Below are positions 1 through 10,763 of a stretch of 59,520 nucleotides of DNA, piece by piece. Origin of the DNA: Anaerolineae bacterium (GTDB lineage Bacteria > Chloroflexota > Anaerolineae > B4-G1 > SLSP01); NCBI GenBank assembly GCA_034433375.1, contig DAOUAQ010000203.1:1-59520 (forward strand), given 5' to 3'. The translations under genes were made by a program, and so were the position numbers. Under the pieces are notes generated by a model. That model had not been told where the DNA came from and did not search any database. It worked only from the letters and a program-made list of their open reading frames with translations. Each line of letters starts with the position of its first letter. Position 1 is the stretch's first letter.

Positions 1-1820
<1,820 letters not shown>

Positions 1821-1918
1821 CTAGGCTCCTCCTTACGAGATTAATGGTAAATGTTTAGAACGTCAACCTGTAGAACAATCTCTCACGTATCTTCCTATGC
1901 ACACCTCCTTCAGTCAAT

Positions 1919-1936
1919 CGTTGAAACGTTTCAACG
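1919..1936. promoter_or_regulatory. Perfect 18-bp palindrome CGTTGAAACGTTTCAACG, LacI/cre-like operator candidate upstream of the SBP gene
   Basis: Read directly. The core TGAAACGTTTCA fits the cre/LacI-family half-site pattern. It lies in the 126-bp spacer between the small ORF and the SBP gene. Confidence 0.45.
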
Positions 1937-1946
1937 TTCCAAGATC

Positions 1947-2132
1947 CTAACGCGACTGCCGGCGCACGACCACAAAGAGCACGACGCCGCAACCCATGCC
2001 TAACGCCAATGTGACGACCGTGACGACAAACTCGGCGCTGCCTGGCTTGACAAAGGGCAGCACGATGAGCGCGGTCACGACCAGAAAGACGATGATCCGC
2101 AACGCAGCTCGGCCCATCTGCGGACTGATCAT
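1947..2132 (-). CDS. Small (61 aa) two-helix membrane protein, unknown function
   Basis: Start overlaps the upstream ATPase stop (ATGA overlap at 2129..2132). Two hydrophobic stretches: AALRIIVFLVVTALIVLPFV and FVVTVVTLALGMGCGVVLFVVV. Ends RRQSR. Confidence 0.45.
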   Translation of the reverse strand: MISPQMGRAALRIIVFLVVTALIVLPFVKPGSAEFVVTVVTLALGMGCGVVLFVVVRRQSR

Positions 2133-3151
2133 GAGACTGCACCGGCCTCTCGCGCCGCAATGTGGCAGGCTACCTGGCGGTTATTCCCTACCGGCAGCAA
2201 TTCAGGCCGTTCCACATCACACAGCCCCGGCTCGAAATACGGGCAGCGTGGATGAAACCGGCAACCACTCGGCAGCGCCAACAAACTCGGAATGTCCTGG
2301 CTGCGCAGCTCGACGCGCTGCTTGCTGCGGGTCAGTTCGGGATCAGCCTCCGGCACGGCAGCCAGCAATGCTTTGCTGTAAGGATGCAGTGGATCGTTGA
2401 TCAACTGCGGCGTCGAAGCGAATTCGACGATACTGCCCACATACATCACCGCGATGCGGCCTTCCCAGGCGAAGAACTTCGCCACCGCCAGATCGTGCGT
2501 GATGAAGAGATAGGTCACGCCCAGCTCGCGCTTCAAGTCTGCCATCATGTTGAGCAGTCCCACGCGGATGGAGACATCCACCATCGAAACGGCCTCATCC
2601 GCCACAATAAAGCGCGGATTGACGGTCAACGCGCGGGCCACCGAGACGCGCTGGCGCTGTCCGCCGCTCAACTGGTGCGGATATTTGTACAGGAAATCCT
2701 CGACCGGCGACAGCCCAACGGTGGTGAGCAGTTCGATCACGCGGTCCAACGCCTCGCGCGTGTTAGCGGCAAATTTGTGATGCAGCAGCGGCGCGCTCAG
2801 GATTTGGTAGATGGTGTGCGACGGATTGAGCGAAGCATAGGGGTCCTGGTGAATAATCTGCACGCCCAGGCGGAACTTCTTGAAATCCTCGCCTCTGTCG
2901 CCTCTGGGCGTCCATACCGGCTTCTCCGTGTACAAGACCTGTCCCGCGGTGGGTTTGAGCAGACCGGCGATCATCTTGCCGGTCGTCGTCTTGCCGCAAC
3001 CGCTCTCGCCGACCAGACACACCACCTCGCCCTCACGAATGCCGAAGGAGACGCCATCCACGGCTGTTACCCGCTCGCGCCGCGCGCCGAACATCCGTAC
3101 CAGATTACGCGCTTCGATGAGATACTGCGGTTTTTGCAGTCCCTCGCTCAT
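2129..3151 (-). CDS. ABC transporter ATP-binding protein, OppF/DppF-like
   Basis: Walker A GESGCGKTT, signature LSGGQRQR, Walker B FIVADEAVS. C-terminal Cys-rich oligopeptide-type tail CRFHPRCP. ATGA overlap with the upstream ATPase gene. Confidence 0.9.
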   Translation of the reverse strand: MSEGLQKPQYLIEARNLVRMFGARRERVTAVDGVSFGIREGEVVCLVGESGCGKTTTGKMIAGLLKPTAGQVLYTEKPVWTPRGDRGEDFKKFRLGVQIIHQDPYASLNPSHTIYQILSAPLLHHKFAANTREALDRVIELLTTVGLSPVEDFLYKYPHQLSGGQRQRVSVARALTVNPRFIVADEAVSMVDVSIRVGLLNMMADLKRELGVTYLFITHDLAVAKFFAWEGRIAVMYVGSIVEFASTPQLINDPLHPYSKALLAAVPEADPELTRSKQRVELRSQDIPSLLALPSGCRFHPRCPYFEPGLCDVERPELLPVGNNRQVACHIAAREAGAVS

Positions 3152-4218
3152 AGGGTCTTGCCTCCCATATATCGCTCGTAGCGTTCTTGCAGATCGTGTG
3201 TGTCTTCCTGCACCCGCCGCACGTTGAAGCAGGCGACGCTATGCGTCTCGCCGTAGTGTACCTCAAGTTTTGGCTCTTCCGTGAGACACCGCTCGGTGGC
3301 GTAAGGGCAGCGGGGATGGAATTTGCACCCCGGCGGAGGATCAACGAGGTCTGGCGGCGCGCCGGGGATCGAGATCAGCTTCTCGAATTCGCCGGTCACA
3401 GTAGGTACAGCGCGGATCAAGCCCAGGGTGTAGGGATGCGCCGGGCGGTAAAAGATGTCCGCCACCGGCCCCAGCTCGACGATGCTGCCGGCGTACATCG
3501 TAGCGACGCGATCCGCTAACTCCGCCGCCGTCGCCAGGTCGTGCGAGATAAAGAGCATCGCAAAGCCGATTTCTTCCTTCAGCCGCCGCAGCAGGTCAAT
3601 GATCGTCCGCTGCGTCAGAATGTCCAGCGCCGTGGTTGGCTCATCGAGGATCAACACTTGCGGATCCAGGAGCAGACTCATTGCCAGGAGCACACGCTGG
3701 CGCATCCCGCCGCTCAACTCGTGCGGGTAAGCGTCAATGACGCGCTTGGGATCGAGCTGTACATATTCGAGCAACTGCATCGCGCGCTCTCGAACCTGGG
3801 CGCGCGGCATACCTCCGTGCGCCTTCGATGTGTCGAGAATCTGATCCCAAATCCGCAGCACCGGATTGAACGCATTCAGCGCCGATTGAAACACCATCGC
3901 GCACTCGCGCCAGCGGAAACGGCGCAGTTCTTTTTCTTTGAGCGAGAGCACGTCAACCCCTTGATTGCCGCGCCAATAGGTGATCTCGCCTTTGGGGATG
4001 CGCGCAGCTTTGACCAACAGGCGAATCAGCGCCACACCAAGCGTCGTCTTGCCGCAGCCGCTCTCGCCGATCAATGCCAGACTTTCGCCCCGCGCCAGCT
4101 CGAAGCTCACCCCCCGTACCGCTTTCACCACACCGCGCTCAATTTTGTACTCCACCCACAAGTCTTCGACCGTCAGCGGCACCTTCGACTTGGAAGCATC
4201 AGCGACTTTGTTTTCCAT
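3148..4218 (-). CDS. ABC transporter ATP-binding protein, OppD/DppD-like
   Basis: Walker A GESGCGKTT, LSGGMRQR, LILDEPTTALD, C-terminal CKFHPRCP. The track ORF extends to 4296. I prefer ATG at 4218 (MENKV..), which follows GGAGGCAAGAGG and lies after the upstream permease stop at 4242. Confidence 0.88.
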   Translation of the reverse strand: MENKVADASKSKVPLTVEDLWVEYKIERGVVKAVRGVSFELARGESLALIGESGCGKTTLGVALIRLLVKAARIPKGEITYWRGNQGVDVLSLKEKELRRFRWRECAMVFQSALNAFNPVLRIWDQILDTSKAHGGMPRAQVRERAMQLLEYVQLDPKRVIDAYPHELSGGMRQRVLLAMSLLLDPQVLILDEPTTALDILTQRTIIDLLRRLKEEIGFAMLFISHDLATAAELADRVATMYAGSIVELGPVADIFYRPAHPYTLGLIRAVPTVTGEFEKLISIPGAPPDLVDPPPGCKFHPRCPYATERCLTEEPKLEVHYGETHSVACFNVRRVQEDTHDLQERYERYMGGKTL

Positions 4219-4241
4219 CTTGCCTCTTGCCTCCTGCATCC

Positions 4242-5150
4242 TTACCCCGTGCGCAGACGTGGGTTGAAGATTTCTTCCAGTGAGCGGCTCATCCACACAA
4301 TCGAAAGCTGGAAGAGCGCAATCGCCGTCACCGGCGCCATAATAAAGTAGACGCTATCCTTGAAGAAAATCGCGCCTTGCGTCCACGCCAGGTTGATCAT
4401 CACGCCCCAGTTGCGGGTCAGCGGGACCAATCCCAGGAAGACCAGCCCCACCTGCGCGTAGATGGCGGACGTCATCCCGAACGTGAAGCTGATGGCGATG
4501 TAGCTCAACATGTTGGGCAGCACTTCCGAAAAGATGATGTGCCACATCCCCAAATCCAACGCGACGGCAGCTTCGATGTAATCGCGCTCCTTGAGCGAAA
4601 ACACCTGCGCGCGGATCGAACGATACAGACCCGCCCACGATAGCACGGAAAGCAGCAGCGCCAACAAGAGCATGTTGTCCAACTTGATCAACGTGGCTAA
4701 CACGGCCAGCAGTGGAAAGCGGGGGATGGTCAGCCAGATGTCGGCCAGCATCGTTAGAAACGCATCGAACCCGCCGCCGATGAGCGCGCTCAACGACCCC
4801 AGCGCCACGCCGATGAACGTCGAAATAATGCCGGTGAGTAGCGCCATCTGGAGGATGTCTCGCCCCCCGTGGACGATCTGCGCCAGGATGTCTTTCCCTT
4901 GACTGTCGGTGCCTAAAAGATGCGTCTTCGAGGGCGGCTCGTAGATCGCGGTGATGTCGGCGGATGTGGCCTTTGGCACAATCAGCGTCCCTACCGTCGT
5001 CATCAACACAAAGCCGATGAAGAGCAGGAACCCTACAAATCCGGTTTTGTTGCGGCTCATCAATTTCAGGAACCGGCCAATCCCACGCACGAAGCGTCCG
5101 GGCCAATAACGAATACCGGTCTTGGGCATCAAGGCTTGGGATGTCGTCAT
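4242..5150 (-). CDS. ABC transporter permease, OppC/DppC-like
   Basis: Polytopic membrane protein with a BPD-transporter-like segment (..YIEAAVALDLGMWHIIFSEVLPN..). TGATG overlap with the upstream permease gene. Confidence 0.85.
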   Translation of the reverse strand: MTTSQALMPKTGIRYWPGRFVRGIGRFLKLMSRNKTGFVGFLLFIGFVLMTTVGTLIVPKATSADITAIYEPPSKTHLLGTDSQGKDILAQIVHGGRDILQMALLTGIISTFIGVALGSLSALIGGGFDAFLTMLADIWLTIPRFPLLAVLATLIKLDNMLLLALLLSVLSWAGLYRSIRAQVFSLKERDYIEAAVALDLGMWHIIFSEVLPNMLSYIAISFTFGMTSAIYAQVGLVFLGLVPLTRNWGVMINLAWTQGAIFFKDSVYFIMAPVTAIALFQLSIVWMSRSLEEIFNPRLRTG

Positions 5151-6232
5151 CAGTTACCTCCGGCAATGCGCACGCGGGGATCGAACCACCCGTAGATAAA
5201 GTCCGCTAGCAGGTTCGACAAGACTACCGAAATCGTGATGATCAGGAAAATGCCCTGCATCAACGGATAGTCGCGGGTGGTGAGCGCCGAAAGCAGCCGG
5301 TAGCCAATCCCCTGGTAGACGAAAATGCTCTCGATGAGAATCGAACCGCCAACGACGAAGCCGATGCTGATGAGCAATTGCGTGATGAGCGGTAACATCG
5401 CGTTGCGCCCGACGTAGGCTGTCGTGATACGCCCTTCGGAAAGACCCCGCGCCCGCGCCACGGTCACATAATCCTCGCCCAACGCGCCGATGGTGCTGCT
5501 CTTCATCGAGAGAATCCACGAGCCGATGGTCGAAAGGACATACGTGAGAATAGGCAGCGCCGCGTGAAAGAAGATGTCCGCAATAAAAACCCACGTAAAC
5601 CCCGGCTGGATGCCCGGCGACCGTGACCCGCGCATCTTATGAATTGGCACGAGATTCCAGTAAACGCCCAGATAGACGAGCAGCACAATGCCAACGATGT
5701 AGTTGGGTATTGAACTCAAGACTGAAGCTGTGCCAGATACCGCCGGTTCCCACAACGCCTGGCGTTTGTAAGCCAGCAACATCCCGATCAACATGCCCAG
5801 AATAAAGCTGATCAACAACCCCAATCCCACACTGAACAACGTCCAGGGAAGGAACGCGACGATGATCTGCCAGACGGATGTACCCGGCGAGCGCAACGAA
5901 TCCCCCAAATTTCCGTGCGCCAACTGCACCATATAATCGAAGTATTGTTGATAGAGCGGCGCATCCAGATCAATGGCAAAGAGCGATGCGGCCTGGTCGC
6001 GCGCTTCGGCATACGGAATGCTGTATTGCACCATCAACTCGTTGATATAGACCTCGATAGGATTGGAGGGCATCAGACGCACGAGGAAGAAGATCAGGCT
6101 GGTGACAAACCAGATCGTGAAAATGGCGCGCGCGAGCATCCTGATCACATAGTTTGAGGTGATACGTTTGACCCATCGCCAGAGCGGCTTTTTTTGCGGA
6201 ACAACCTGTGTGCTTATCGCTGCACTGTTCAA
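5150..6232 (-). CDS. ABC transporter permease, OppB/DppB-like
   Basis: Polytopic. Contains EDYVTVARARGLSEGRITTAYVGRNAMLP (EAA-loop region). TTG start 5 nt after GGAGG. Confidence 0.85.
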   Translation of the reverse strand: MNSAAISTQVVPQKKPLWRWVKRITSNYVIRMLARAIFTIWFVTSLIFFLVRLMPSNPIEVYINELMVQYSIPYAEARDQAASLFAIDLDAPLYQQYFDYMVQLAHGNLGDSLRSPGTSVWQIIVAFLPWTLFSVGLGLLISFILGMLIGMLLAYKRQALWEPAVSGTASVLSSIPNYIVGIVLLVYLGVYWNLVPIHKMRGSRSPGIQPGFTWVFIADIFFHAALPILTYVLSTIGSWILSMKSSTIGALGEDYVTVARARGLSEGRITTAYVGRNAMLPLITQLLISIGFVVGGSILIESIFVYQGIGYRLLSALTTRDYPLMQGIFLIITISVVLSNLLADFIYGWFDPRVRIAGGN

Positions 6233-6252
6233 TGGAACCTCCTTTCTGTTGC

Positions 6253-6303
6253 GTAGTAGCGACTTCAGTCGCTTTGCTCAGGAACGACTGAAGTCGTTAC
6301 TAC
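6253..6303. repeat. 19-bp inverted repeat (one mismatch) with a 13-nt loop, between the namZ-like gene and the first permease gene
   Basis: GTAGTAGCGACTTCAGTCG (6253..6271) against CGACTGAAGTCGTTACTAC (6285..6303). No U-tract on the transcribed (minus) strand. Confidence 0.6.
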
Positions 6304-6330
6304 ACCGTGTAGCGACTTTAATTGCTTTTG

Positions 6331-7488
6331 CTACGAATAGAGCCAGTAGTGACGGGATACTTTCTCGAAATCCGCCACGGTATCCGCCCATTCCTCAACC
6401 AATTCTGCCACATTGACGCCTGCATCCACCGCGAGCCGCACCCGATCCGTACCCGCCAGCAGGTCAATATGCGGATGCGCGCCCTCCCAGCTTTGCGGCA
6501 GCCACGCAAAGTCCGCCGGATACAGCGCCTTCAGCGCGGCGAGCACATGCAGGCCTACCGTCACCGGGCGGAAGGTCGCGCGGTCCATGACGTGGACTTG
6601 TACACCCCCGCAAACTTCCCCGGCAAACTTGGACGCCGCCGGGACAAATTGCGTGGGACGGAACCGCACGCCCGGCAACGCCAGCGCGTTCAGGTGCGCC
6701 GCCAGCGCCTCTCCATTCATCCACGGCGCGCCGCAAACCTCAAACGGCAGCGCCGTCCCCCGTCCTTCGGAAACGTTCGTCCCTTCCAAGAAACACATAC
6801 CGGGATAAACGCTAGCCGTTGAGAGATGCGGCATTGCCGGCGACGTGGGAACCCAGGTCAGACCAGTGGCGTCGAACCACATTTCGCGCCGCCATCCCGT
6901 CATTGGGATCACGGTCAACTCGGCGTTGATCCCCTGCGTCTGGTTCATATAATGCGCCAGTTCTCCCATCGTCAAGCCGTACCGCAGCGGAATGGGCAGC
7001 ACACCGACGAACGACTCGAAGCCCGGCGCCAACACCGGCCCCTCGCGCGTCGCGCCGTTGAGGGGATTGGGACGATCCAACACCATCATGGGCGTGTGCG
7101 CCTTCGCCGCGCCCTTGAGCATATAGAAGAGGGTGCTGATAAAGGTGTAAAAACGCGCGCCCACATCCTGCATATCGAAGACCAATATGTCAACATCGGC
7201 CAACATCGCCGGCGTAGGTTCCTGCGTCGCGCCGTACAGGCTGTAAATGGGCAAGCGCGTGCGTCCGTGGATGGCGTCCTGGACGTGCAAACCATCGGCG
7301 ACGGCCCCGGTGAACCCGTGCTCCGGCGCGAAGAGCGCCGTCAACGCGACGCCGCAGCGCAAGAGTGCGGTAACGCTGTCGGTGAGGTCTGCTGTCACTG
7401 CGGCGGGGTGGGTTGCCAGACCGACGCGCCGTCCCCTGAGCGGCACAGCCCCGTTACTGATCAAACGCTCCAATCCTGTGATGCTCAT
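6331..7488 (-). CDS. namZ: DUF1343 family protein, NamZ-like exo-beta-N-acetylmuramidase
   Basis: Family hallmarks by eye: LFAPEHGFTG, LPIYSLYG, VDILVFDMQDVGARFYTFISTL, VLDRPNPLNG. The assignment is at family level only. Confidence 0.75.
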   Translation of the reverse strand: MSITGLERLISNGAVPLRGRRVGLATHPAAVTADLTDSVTALLRCGVALTALFAPEHGFTGAVADGLHVQDAIHGRTRLPIYSLYGATQEPTPAMLADVDILVFDMQDVGARFYTFISTLFYMLKGAAKAHTPMMVLDRPNPLNGATREGPVLAPGFESFVGVLPIPLRYGLTMGELAHYMNQTQGINAELTVIPMTGWRREMWFDATGLTWVPTSPAMPHLSTASVYPGMCFLEGTNVSEGRGTALPFEVCGAPWMNGEALAAHLNALALPGVRFRPTQFVPAASKFAGEVCGGVQVHVMDRATFRPVTVGLHVLAALKALYPADFAWLPQSWEGAHPHIDLLAGTDRVRLAVDAGVNVAELVEEWADTVADFEKVSRHYWLYS

Positions 7489-7495
7489 CGCGTGT

Positions 7496-8719
7496 TTAGC
7501 CGTTATAGGGGAACAAGCCCAATTCCTCGTGGAGCAGCAACGCTGCTGCGCCGAGTAGGATGATGTCGGCGCCCATACTCACGAAGCCGATCTCTGAAGT
7601 TTGCGATAGCGCCGCTAACGCGCGTTTGTTCAGCGCTTCCTGGGCGGCATCGAGCAAGAATTGTCCGAAACACGTGATCCGCCCTGCCAACAGAATGCGA
7701 CAACCGCCGAGGACGACGATGAGATGCGCTGCCGCCGCGCCGAGGTGCTGTCCCACCTCTCGAATAACCTGCCGCGCTGCTTCATCCCCCTCCGCAAACG
7801 CTTCACAGACGGTCTCGAACGTGATGGCGTCGGGGTGGGGGGCAAGCTGGTTCAGTATGGACTGGGGGGCGCGCTGTGCCAGCGCCTGTGTCTGGCGGAC
7901 GATGGCCCGGCTGTTCGTGACGGTTTCGAGACATCCAGTGTTCCCGCATTGGCAGTGCTCGCCGTTCTCGACGACGGTGACGTGACCGATCTCTCCGGCC
8001 CCCAGCGGATTGCCGTGAAACAACCGCCCGTTCAGCACAATCCCCGCGCCGACGCCCTTGCCCACGTGAATGACCACCAAATCCCGCGCACTGCTGTTCT
8101 CGCCGAACGTGTATTCTCCCAGAGCCGCCACCTGGCAGTCATTTGCCATGTAAACCGGCAAGTTGTAGCGTTCTTGCAGCAAGGTACGCAGGTGGATGTC
8201 GCGCCAGTTGAGATTGACAGCCTGGTAGATCACGCCATTGACCGCATCCACCAGCCCCGGCGTGCCGATGCCAATGCCCAACAAGGGACTGCACGCGGCT
8301 TTGATGAGCGCGTCTACCAATTCATAGACTAATTCCAACGCGGCTGTTCCGTCGCGCCCCTGCAACGGCAAACTGACCCGATGCTTGATTTCACCGTGCA
8401 AATTGATCAACGCGCCGCGAAAATCCTCGCGCGCCAGGTCAATGCCGATCAAGCATCGCGCGTCGGCATTGACGCGCAGGAGGATGGCGCGTTTCCCGCC
8501 GGTGGAGGGCGCGCGCCCCACCTCTTCGAGCAGCCCCTGTGCCATCAAGTCCACCACGACATCCGAAACCGTAGGGCGGGTCAAGTGTGTGACCCGCGCA
8601 ATCTCAGCCCGGCTGATTTCGCCCCGTTCGTAGACAGTGCTAAACACCAATTGCGTGTTATGAATCCGCGTTTGCTCGTGCGTCGCTTTTTTTGTCACAG
8701 ATTGTGCCTTGATGGTCAA
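7496..8719 (-). CDS. ROK-family transcriptional regulator (NagC/XylR type)
   Basis: N-terminal winged HTH (ISRAEIARVTHLTRPTVSDVVVDL). ROK zinc motif GHVTVVENGEHCQCGNTGCLE. The annotated start is TTG without an obvious SD, so the true start is uncertain by a few codons. Confidence 0.85.
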   Translation of the reverse strand: MTIKAQSVTKKATHEQTRIHNTQLVFSTVYERGEISRAEIARVTHLTRPTVSDVVVDLMAQGLLEEVGRAPSTGGKRAILLRVNADARCLIGIDLAREDFRGALINLHGEIKHRVSLPLQGRDGTAALELVYELVDALIKAACSPLLGIGIGTPGLVDAVNGVIYQAVNLNWRDIHLRTLLQERYNLPVYMANDCQVAALGEYTFGENSSARDLVVIHVGKGVGAGIVLNGRLFHGNPLGAGEIGHVTVVENGEHCQCGNTGCLETVTNSRAIVRQTQALAQRAPQSILNQLAPHPDAITFETVCEAFAEGDEAARQVIREVGQHLGAAAAHLIVVLGGCRILLAGRITCFGQFLLDAAQEALNKRALAALSQTSEIGFVSMGADIILLGAAALLLHEELGLFPYNG

Positions 8720-8738
8720 GCAAGAGGGGTGTTAGATA

Positions 8739-8788
8739 GTTAAATTTACTTACGAAGTATTATACAACGCATTACAGCCATTGTCAAG
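8739..8788 (-). promoter_or_regulatory. Consensus sigma-70-type promoter (TTGACA, 17-nt spacer, TATAAT) with a 27-bp box shared with 13230..13256
   Basis: Minus strand: -35 TTGACA (complement of 8782..8787), 17-nt spacer, -10 TATAAT (complement of 8759..8764). This is followed by ACTTCGTAAGTAAATTTAAC, which contains the dyad TACTT-CGT-AAGTA. The 27-mer at 8739..8765 is identical to 13230..13256. Confidence 0.6.
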
Positions 8789-8794
8789 TATTTT

Positions 8795-9709
8795 TTACAG
8801 CCACAACTGTTCTGGATAAACATCGCGTTCGATCAACGCGCGAATGGCGTGCTGCACCTGCGCCCGGTCTTCTTTGTACGTCACACCGAACCATTGCGCG
8901 TCGCTGGCGAGCACTTTGACGCGCGCTCTTTGTTCTTGCACCAGGTCGCCCACAATGTTGGGTAGGAAGAACTCCGCTTTCTGTAGATTGTGGGCATTAT
9001 CCCGGAGGAATATGGGAAAGCGGCGCTCCAATTCCCCGAACAGGCTCGGCGTGAAGCCCCAGATGTTCATCGAGACGGTGGTCTGCGTGGGGATGGCGAT
9101 CCAGGTCGCGCCATCCTCGGTGTAGGCGATGGTTTCCCCGCGCCGTTCGATGTGCGTGCGCTCGCGGATGTGAACGAGAAAGCCGTCGTCATCCACTGTA
9201 CAAACGCCGCGTGAGACGTGGCCGTGTTCGGTGATCGTGTTCGCCAGCACGTAGCCGACCATACAGTAGTCGTAGACGCCGTCTTTATCCTCCGCGTGGG
9301 CGAGGTGCTCGGCCAGCGCCTCGAAGGCCGCGCGCCCGTAAAAGTCATCGGCGTTGATGACCGCGAACGGCCCGGCGACCTCATCCCGGCACCTGAGCAC
9401 TGCTTGCCCGGTGCCCCACGGCTTCTGGCGTTCCGGCGGCAGCACAAATCCCGGCGGCACGTCCGTCAATCGCTGGAGGACGTAGGCGGTCTCGCTATGT
9501 TTGCCGATGGTGCCGCCAAATCTTTCACGGAAGGCATTTTCAATGGCCTGGCTGACGACGAAGACTATCTTGCCGAAGCCAGCGCGCAGCGCATCATACA
9601 CAGCATAGTCGAGCAGCGTTGCGTTATGTGGCCCCACCGGCTCGATCTGCTTGATGCCCCCATACCGGCTGCCCAACCCTGCCGCCATCACAATGAGTGT
9701 GGGTTTCAT
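8795..9709 (-). CDS. Sugar-1-phosphate nucleotidyltransferase family protein
   Basis: N-terminal nucleotide-binding signature MAAGLGSRYGGIKQ, plus KPWGTGQAV and INADDFYG. Length 304 aa. Specificity is unknown. Confidence 0.7.
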   Translation of the reverse strand: MKPTLIVMAAGLGSRYGGIKQIEPVGPHNATLLDYAVYDALRAGFGKIVFVVSQAIENAFRERFGGTIGKHSETAYVLQRLTDVPPGFVLPPERQKPWGTGQAVLRCRDEVAGPFAVINADDFYGRAAFEALAEHLAHAEDKDGVYDYCMVGYVLANTITEHGHVSRGVCTVDDDGFLVHIRERTHIERRGETIAYTEDGATWIAIPTQTTVSMNIWGFTPSLFGELERRFPIFLRDNAHNLQKAEFFLPNIVGDLVQEQRARVKVLASDAQWFGVTYKEDRAQVQHAIRALIERDVYPEQLWL

Positions 9710-9710
9710 G

Positions 9711-10760
9711 TCAGTGCGTCAACGTTACCTTGCGTAATCCGCGCGGGGCTTCGGTGTCGTAGCCTTTGGCGCGGGTAAGATAGTAGCTGAAGAGCTGTCC
9801 CGGCACAATCGTCACCAGCGGGCTGAGCCATTCGGGCATGGCGGCGGGGAGGCGCAGCGGCGTGTGCGCGAGCGACAGCGCCTCCTCGCGGTTCGAGATA
9901 GCGAGCAGTTCCACTTCGCGCTGCGTGACCAGCTCTTCCAACAACGCGCGCATATCGTCGAAGACGGCGCCATCCGGCGCGACCGCCAACACGGGGAAGC
10001 CCTGCGAAACGACGGCCACCGGCCCATGCTGAAAATCGGCGGAGGAGTAGGGGGCAGCAATCACGTAGGCCAGCTCTTTCATCTTCAACGACCACTCGTA
10101 AGCCGTCGCGTAGTTGAAGCCGCGTCCCAGCACCACGCACTGTTGCATATACCGATACCGTTCAGCGACACGCTCGATGTATGTATCCAGATCGAGGGCC
10201 TGCTGCACTAACGCCGGCACGCGCTCCAAAGCCGGCCAGCGATCTTCTGGATCGCCGGCCTGATCGCTCATCGCCGCCGAAAGCATGGCGATCACCATCA
10301 ATTGCGCGGTGTAGCTCTTGGTCGCGGCGACGGCCAACTCCGGTCCGGCGTCCACGTCAATGACGAACTGCGCCAACTGTGCCAGCGGCGACTCCGGCGC
10401 GTTGACAATCGCCAGCGTGGGCGCGCCCTGGCGCTGCGCTTCGGCCATCACCTGCACAATGTCCGGCGACTGGCCCGACTGCGAAATGCCCAACACCAGC
10501 GCGTTCTTCAGGCTCGGCGGTTTCCCGTACAGGCTGAAGAGCGAGGGCGTCGCCAGCGCCGTTGGTATCCCGTTGAACGCGCCCCACAGATATTTCGCGT
10601 ACAACCCGGCGTTGTCCGACGTGCCCCGCGCTACCAGGAAGAGGTAACGGATGTCGTATTCGCGCAACGCGGCAGCGATTGTCTCTACATTGCCTTTTTG
10701 CTTTTCCAGCAAGCGCGCCAGCACCGCCGGTTGCTCGAAGATTTCTGATTTCAGGCTCAT
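9711..10760 (-). CDS. SIS-domain sugar-phosphate isomerase/deaminase (GlmS-isomerase-domain-like, NagB-II/GlmD/AgaS type)
   Basis: Two SIS modules: FLVARGTSDNAGLYAKYLWG and LVLGISQSGQSPDIV. No glutaminase domain. Confidence 0.8.
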   Translation of the reverse strand: MSLKSEIFEQPAVLARLLEKQKGNVETIAAALREYDIRYLFLVARGTSDNAGLYAKYLWGAFNGIPTALATPSLFSLYGKPPSLKNALVLGISQSGQSPDIVQVMAEAQRQGAPTLAIVNAPESPLAQLAQFVIDVDAGPELAVAATKSYTAQLMVIAMLSAAMSDQAGDPEDRWPALERVPALVQQALDLDTYIERVAERYRYMQQCVVLGRGFNYATAYEWSLKMKELAYVIAAPYSSADFQHGPVAVVSQGFPVLAVAPDGAVFDDMRALLEELVTQREVELLAISNREEALSLAHTPLRLPAAMPEWLSPLVTIVPGQLFSYYLTRAKGYDTEAPRGLRKVTLTH

Positions 10761-10763
10761 CTC

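Noticed and set aside
1832-1866. Candidate promoter TTGACG, 17-nt spacer, TAATCT directly upstream of the SBP gene, with CTCGTAAG resembling the 27-bp box.
   Set aside because: The implied TSS would fall inside the AAGGAGG Shine-Dalgarno sequence and leave no usable leader. It is kept only as a weak similarity noted under the operator finding.
2162-4350. Plus-strand ORFs 2162..3181 (339 aa) and 3541..4350 (269 aa).
   Set aside because: They lie antisense to two ABC ATPase genes with complete Walker and signature motifs.
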